Made by a program: the position numbers and the translations under genes. From a plasmid, in the sequence record NZ_LR134467.1: 64,000 nt of DNA. One strand, written 5' to 3'. The notes under the pieces are model-generated. The model was not told the origin of the DNA. It saw only the letters and a list, made by a program, of their open reading frames with translations, and did no database searches. Of this stretch, positions 62,463-64,000 are shown in pieces; position 1 is the first letter of the stretch, and each line of letters opens with the position of its first letter.

Positions 62463-63800
62463 ATGACCACCCCGACCGTGGAGGCGCCCGCCGCGCCCGC
62501 GTCCGACACCCCTCCCCCGCGCTGGACCACCGCCCAGTTGATCGGCTTCCGCCTGCTCTTCACGCTGGGCGGCGGCCTGACGATCCTGTCCGTCTTCGGC
62601 AGCCTGCAGTTCGCGCCCGTGATGTCCGTCGTTCAGGGCCCGTTCGCGCGGCTCGGCGCGCTCGTCACCGGGACGGAGCTGCAGCTGCCGGAGCTGACCA
62701 GCTCGGGCGATTCGATGGGGATCTGGCAGTACCACATCGGCTGGGCGGTGGTCGCCGTCGTGATCACCGCGGTCTGGACGCTCCTGGACCGGGGCCGCGG
62801 CGACTACCGCAGCCTCGGCGGCCTGCTCTGGCAGGTGGGCCGGATCGCCCTGGCGAGCGGCATGATCTTCTACGGCCTGGGCAAGGCGATCCCCACACAG
62901 ATGGGGTTCATGCAGCTGCCGACCTACGCGCTGCAGCCCGCCGGCGACATCAGCCGGATGAACATGCTGTGGGGCTTCATGGGCGCCTCGGACGGCTACT
63001 CGATCGTCACGGGCCTCGTGGAACTGATCTCGGGCATCCTGCTGCTGTCGCGTCGCACCTGGATCCTGGGCGCGCTGGGCTCGATCGTCTCCATGGTGCA
63101 GGTGCTGCTCATGGACAGCTTCTACAACGTGCCGGTGAAGTTCCTCTGCTTCGAGTTCCTGGTGATCGCGATCGCCCTGCTCGCGCCGCAGTGGCTGAAC
63201 CTCATCCGCGCGAGCTTCGGCCGGGCGACGGGACCGATGCCCGCGATCTGGCCCGCCGCGGGCGCCGACCGCACCTGGCTGCGGCGCACCGGGAAGACCG
63301 CCGCGGTGCTCGCCCTGGTCGCCATCACGGGGGTCGGCCTCGCCGCCGGGGTCATGATGAAGTCCGCGCTCTCGGAGACGCGGGGCGACATCGACGGCAC
63401 GTGGCACGCGACGTCCTTCCGCGTCGATGGCCGCGAGGCGGCCCTCGCCACCGACCCGGCGTGGATCAACGTCGCCATCACCTACCGCGGCCGCGGGATC
63501 TGGGAGGCCGCCGGCGAGTCGTACAACTCCTTCGTCACGCAGGACTCCACCGCGCGGGTCACGCCCTGGCTCCTCGACGTCAGCGACACCGCGCTGACCA
63601 TCAAGGCCCGCAAGTCCGGACCCGAGACGGTGCTGCAGTACACGCAGCCCGACCGGGATCGCCTGACGATCACCGGACGGGTCGACGGCCGCGACGTCGT
63701 GGCCGCCTACGAGCGGCGCCCCATGAAGCGGGAGTCCGAGGACCTGCGCTTCACCCACCCGGTCCCCGACGAGGACGCGCCGACCCTCGACTTCCCCTGA
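62463..63800 (+). CDS. membrane protein: DoxX-like N-terminal TM domain plus soluble C-terminal beta-rich domain
   Basis: Start [10 protein letters not shown]. 5-6 TM, then about 190 aa hydrophilic domain. Confidence 0.55.
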   Translation: MTTPTVEAPAAPASDTPPPRWTTAQLIGFRLLFTLGGGLTILSVFGSLQFAPVMSVVQGPFARLGALVTGTELQLPELTSSGDSMGIWQYHIGWAVVAVVITAVWTLLDRGRGDYRSLGGLLWQVGRIALASGMIFYGLGKAIPTQMGFMQLPTYALQPAGDISRMNMLWGFMGASDGYSIVTGLVELISGILLLSRRTWILGALGSIVSMVQVLLMDSFYNVPVKFLCFEFLVIAIALLAPQWLNLIRASFGRATGPMPAIWPAAGADRTWLRRTGKTAAVLALVAITGVGLAAGVMMKSALSETRGDIDGTWHATSFRVDGREAALATDPAWINVAITYRGRGIWEAAGESYNSFVTQDSTARVTPWLLDVSDTALTIKARKSGPETVLQYTQPDRDRLTITGRVDGRDVVAAYERRPMKRESEDLRFTHPVPDEDAPTLDFP

Positions 63801-63831
63801 GTCCCCGTTACATCTGTCACTAGGAGCGATC

Positions 63832-64000
63832 GTGAGCCGCACTTACGATGACGGCATGAGCGCACCCCAGAGCCCCCTGGGCCAGTCCGCACCGTCGACC
63901 GTCCCCGGGCCGGGGATGCCACCCCCGCTCGGTCCCCCGGTCCCGCCGCCCGCGCCGGAGCCGGTGTGGTCGAGCGCGCAGAAGCTGGCCTTCCGCCTGC
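63832..64000 (+). CDS. paralogue of the preceding membrane protein (5' part, continues beyond window)
   Basis: GTG start. ...SAQKLAFRL parallels ...[11 protein letters not shown] of the upstream gene. Confidence 0.35.
   Translation, partial: MSRTYDDGMSAPQSPLGQSAPSTVPGPGMPPPLGPPVPPPAPEPVWSSAQKLAFRL

Overview
This is a very high-GC (about 70%+) actinobacterial chromosomal segment. It is probably from a Corynebacteriales/Mycobacteriales organism, because gene order follows the M. tuberculosis Rv3394c-Rv3443c neighbourhood as I remember it. That order, on the minus strand, is: imuA'-imuB, guaA, choD, guaB3-guaB2, Rv3412-like, rsdA-sigD, Rv3415c-like, whiB3 (plus strand), groES-groEL1, tsaD-rimI-tsaB ... 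tsaE, alr, nnr, Rv3439c/Rv3440c-like, glmM, rpsI-rplM. Several blocks are inserted relative to that backbone:
- dnaE2 lies only about 4 kb from imuA'B, separated by a MarR / amidohydrolase / lipoprotein-serpin / Pip-like membrane protein insert.
- A CGNR zinc-finger gene, a tail-anchored Ser/Thr kinase and a PspC-domain sensor-kinase/regulator/PspC-membrane-protein module sit between the amino-acid permease and guaA.
- A DUF445 + MmyB-like XRE pair and two MarR/MFS pairs sit between groES and tsaD.
- A TetR / DUF2834 / hydrolase / DUF222-HNH endonuclease / PCD-VOC island sits inside the tsa operon.

No rRNA, tRNA, CRISPR array or IS transposase was seen.

Noteworthy points:
- A near-consensus SOS box lies upstream of imuA'.
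- A non-canonical inverted SOS-hexamer cluster lies upstream of dnaE2.
- A CIRCE element lies upstream of groES.
- Palindromic operators lie in both MarR/MFS divergent promoters.
- Tandem Thr/Pro-coding repeats occur in rsdA and in an Rv3439c-like gene.
- Three independent 1-bp G-run deletions break a Pip-like membrane protein, the essential tsaD, and an alpha/beta hydrolase. These look like homopolymer sequencing errors unless the reads confirm them.
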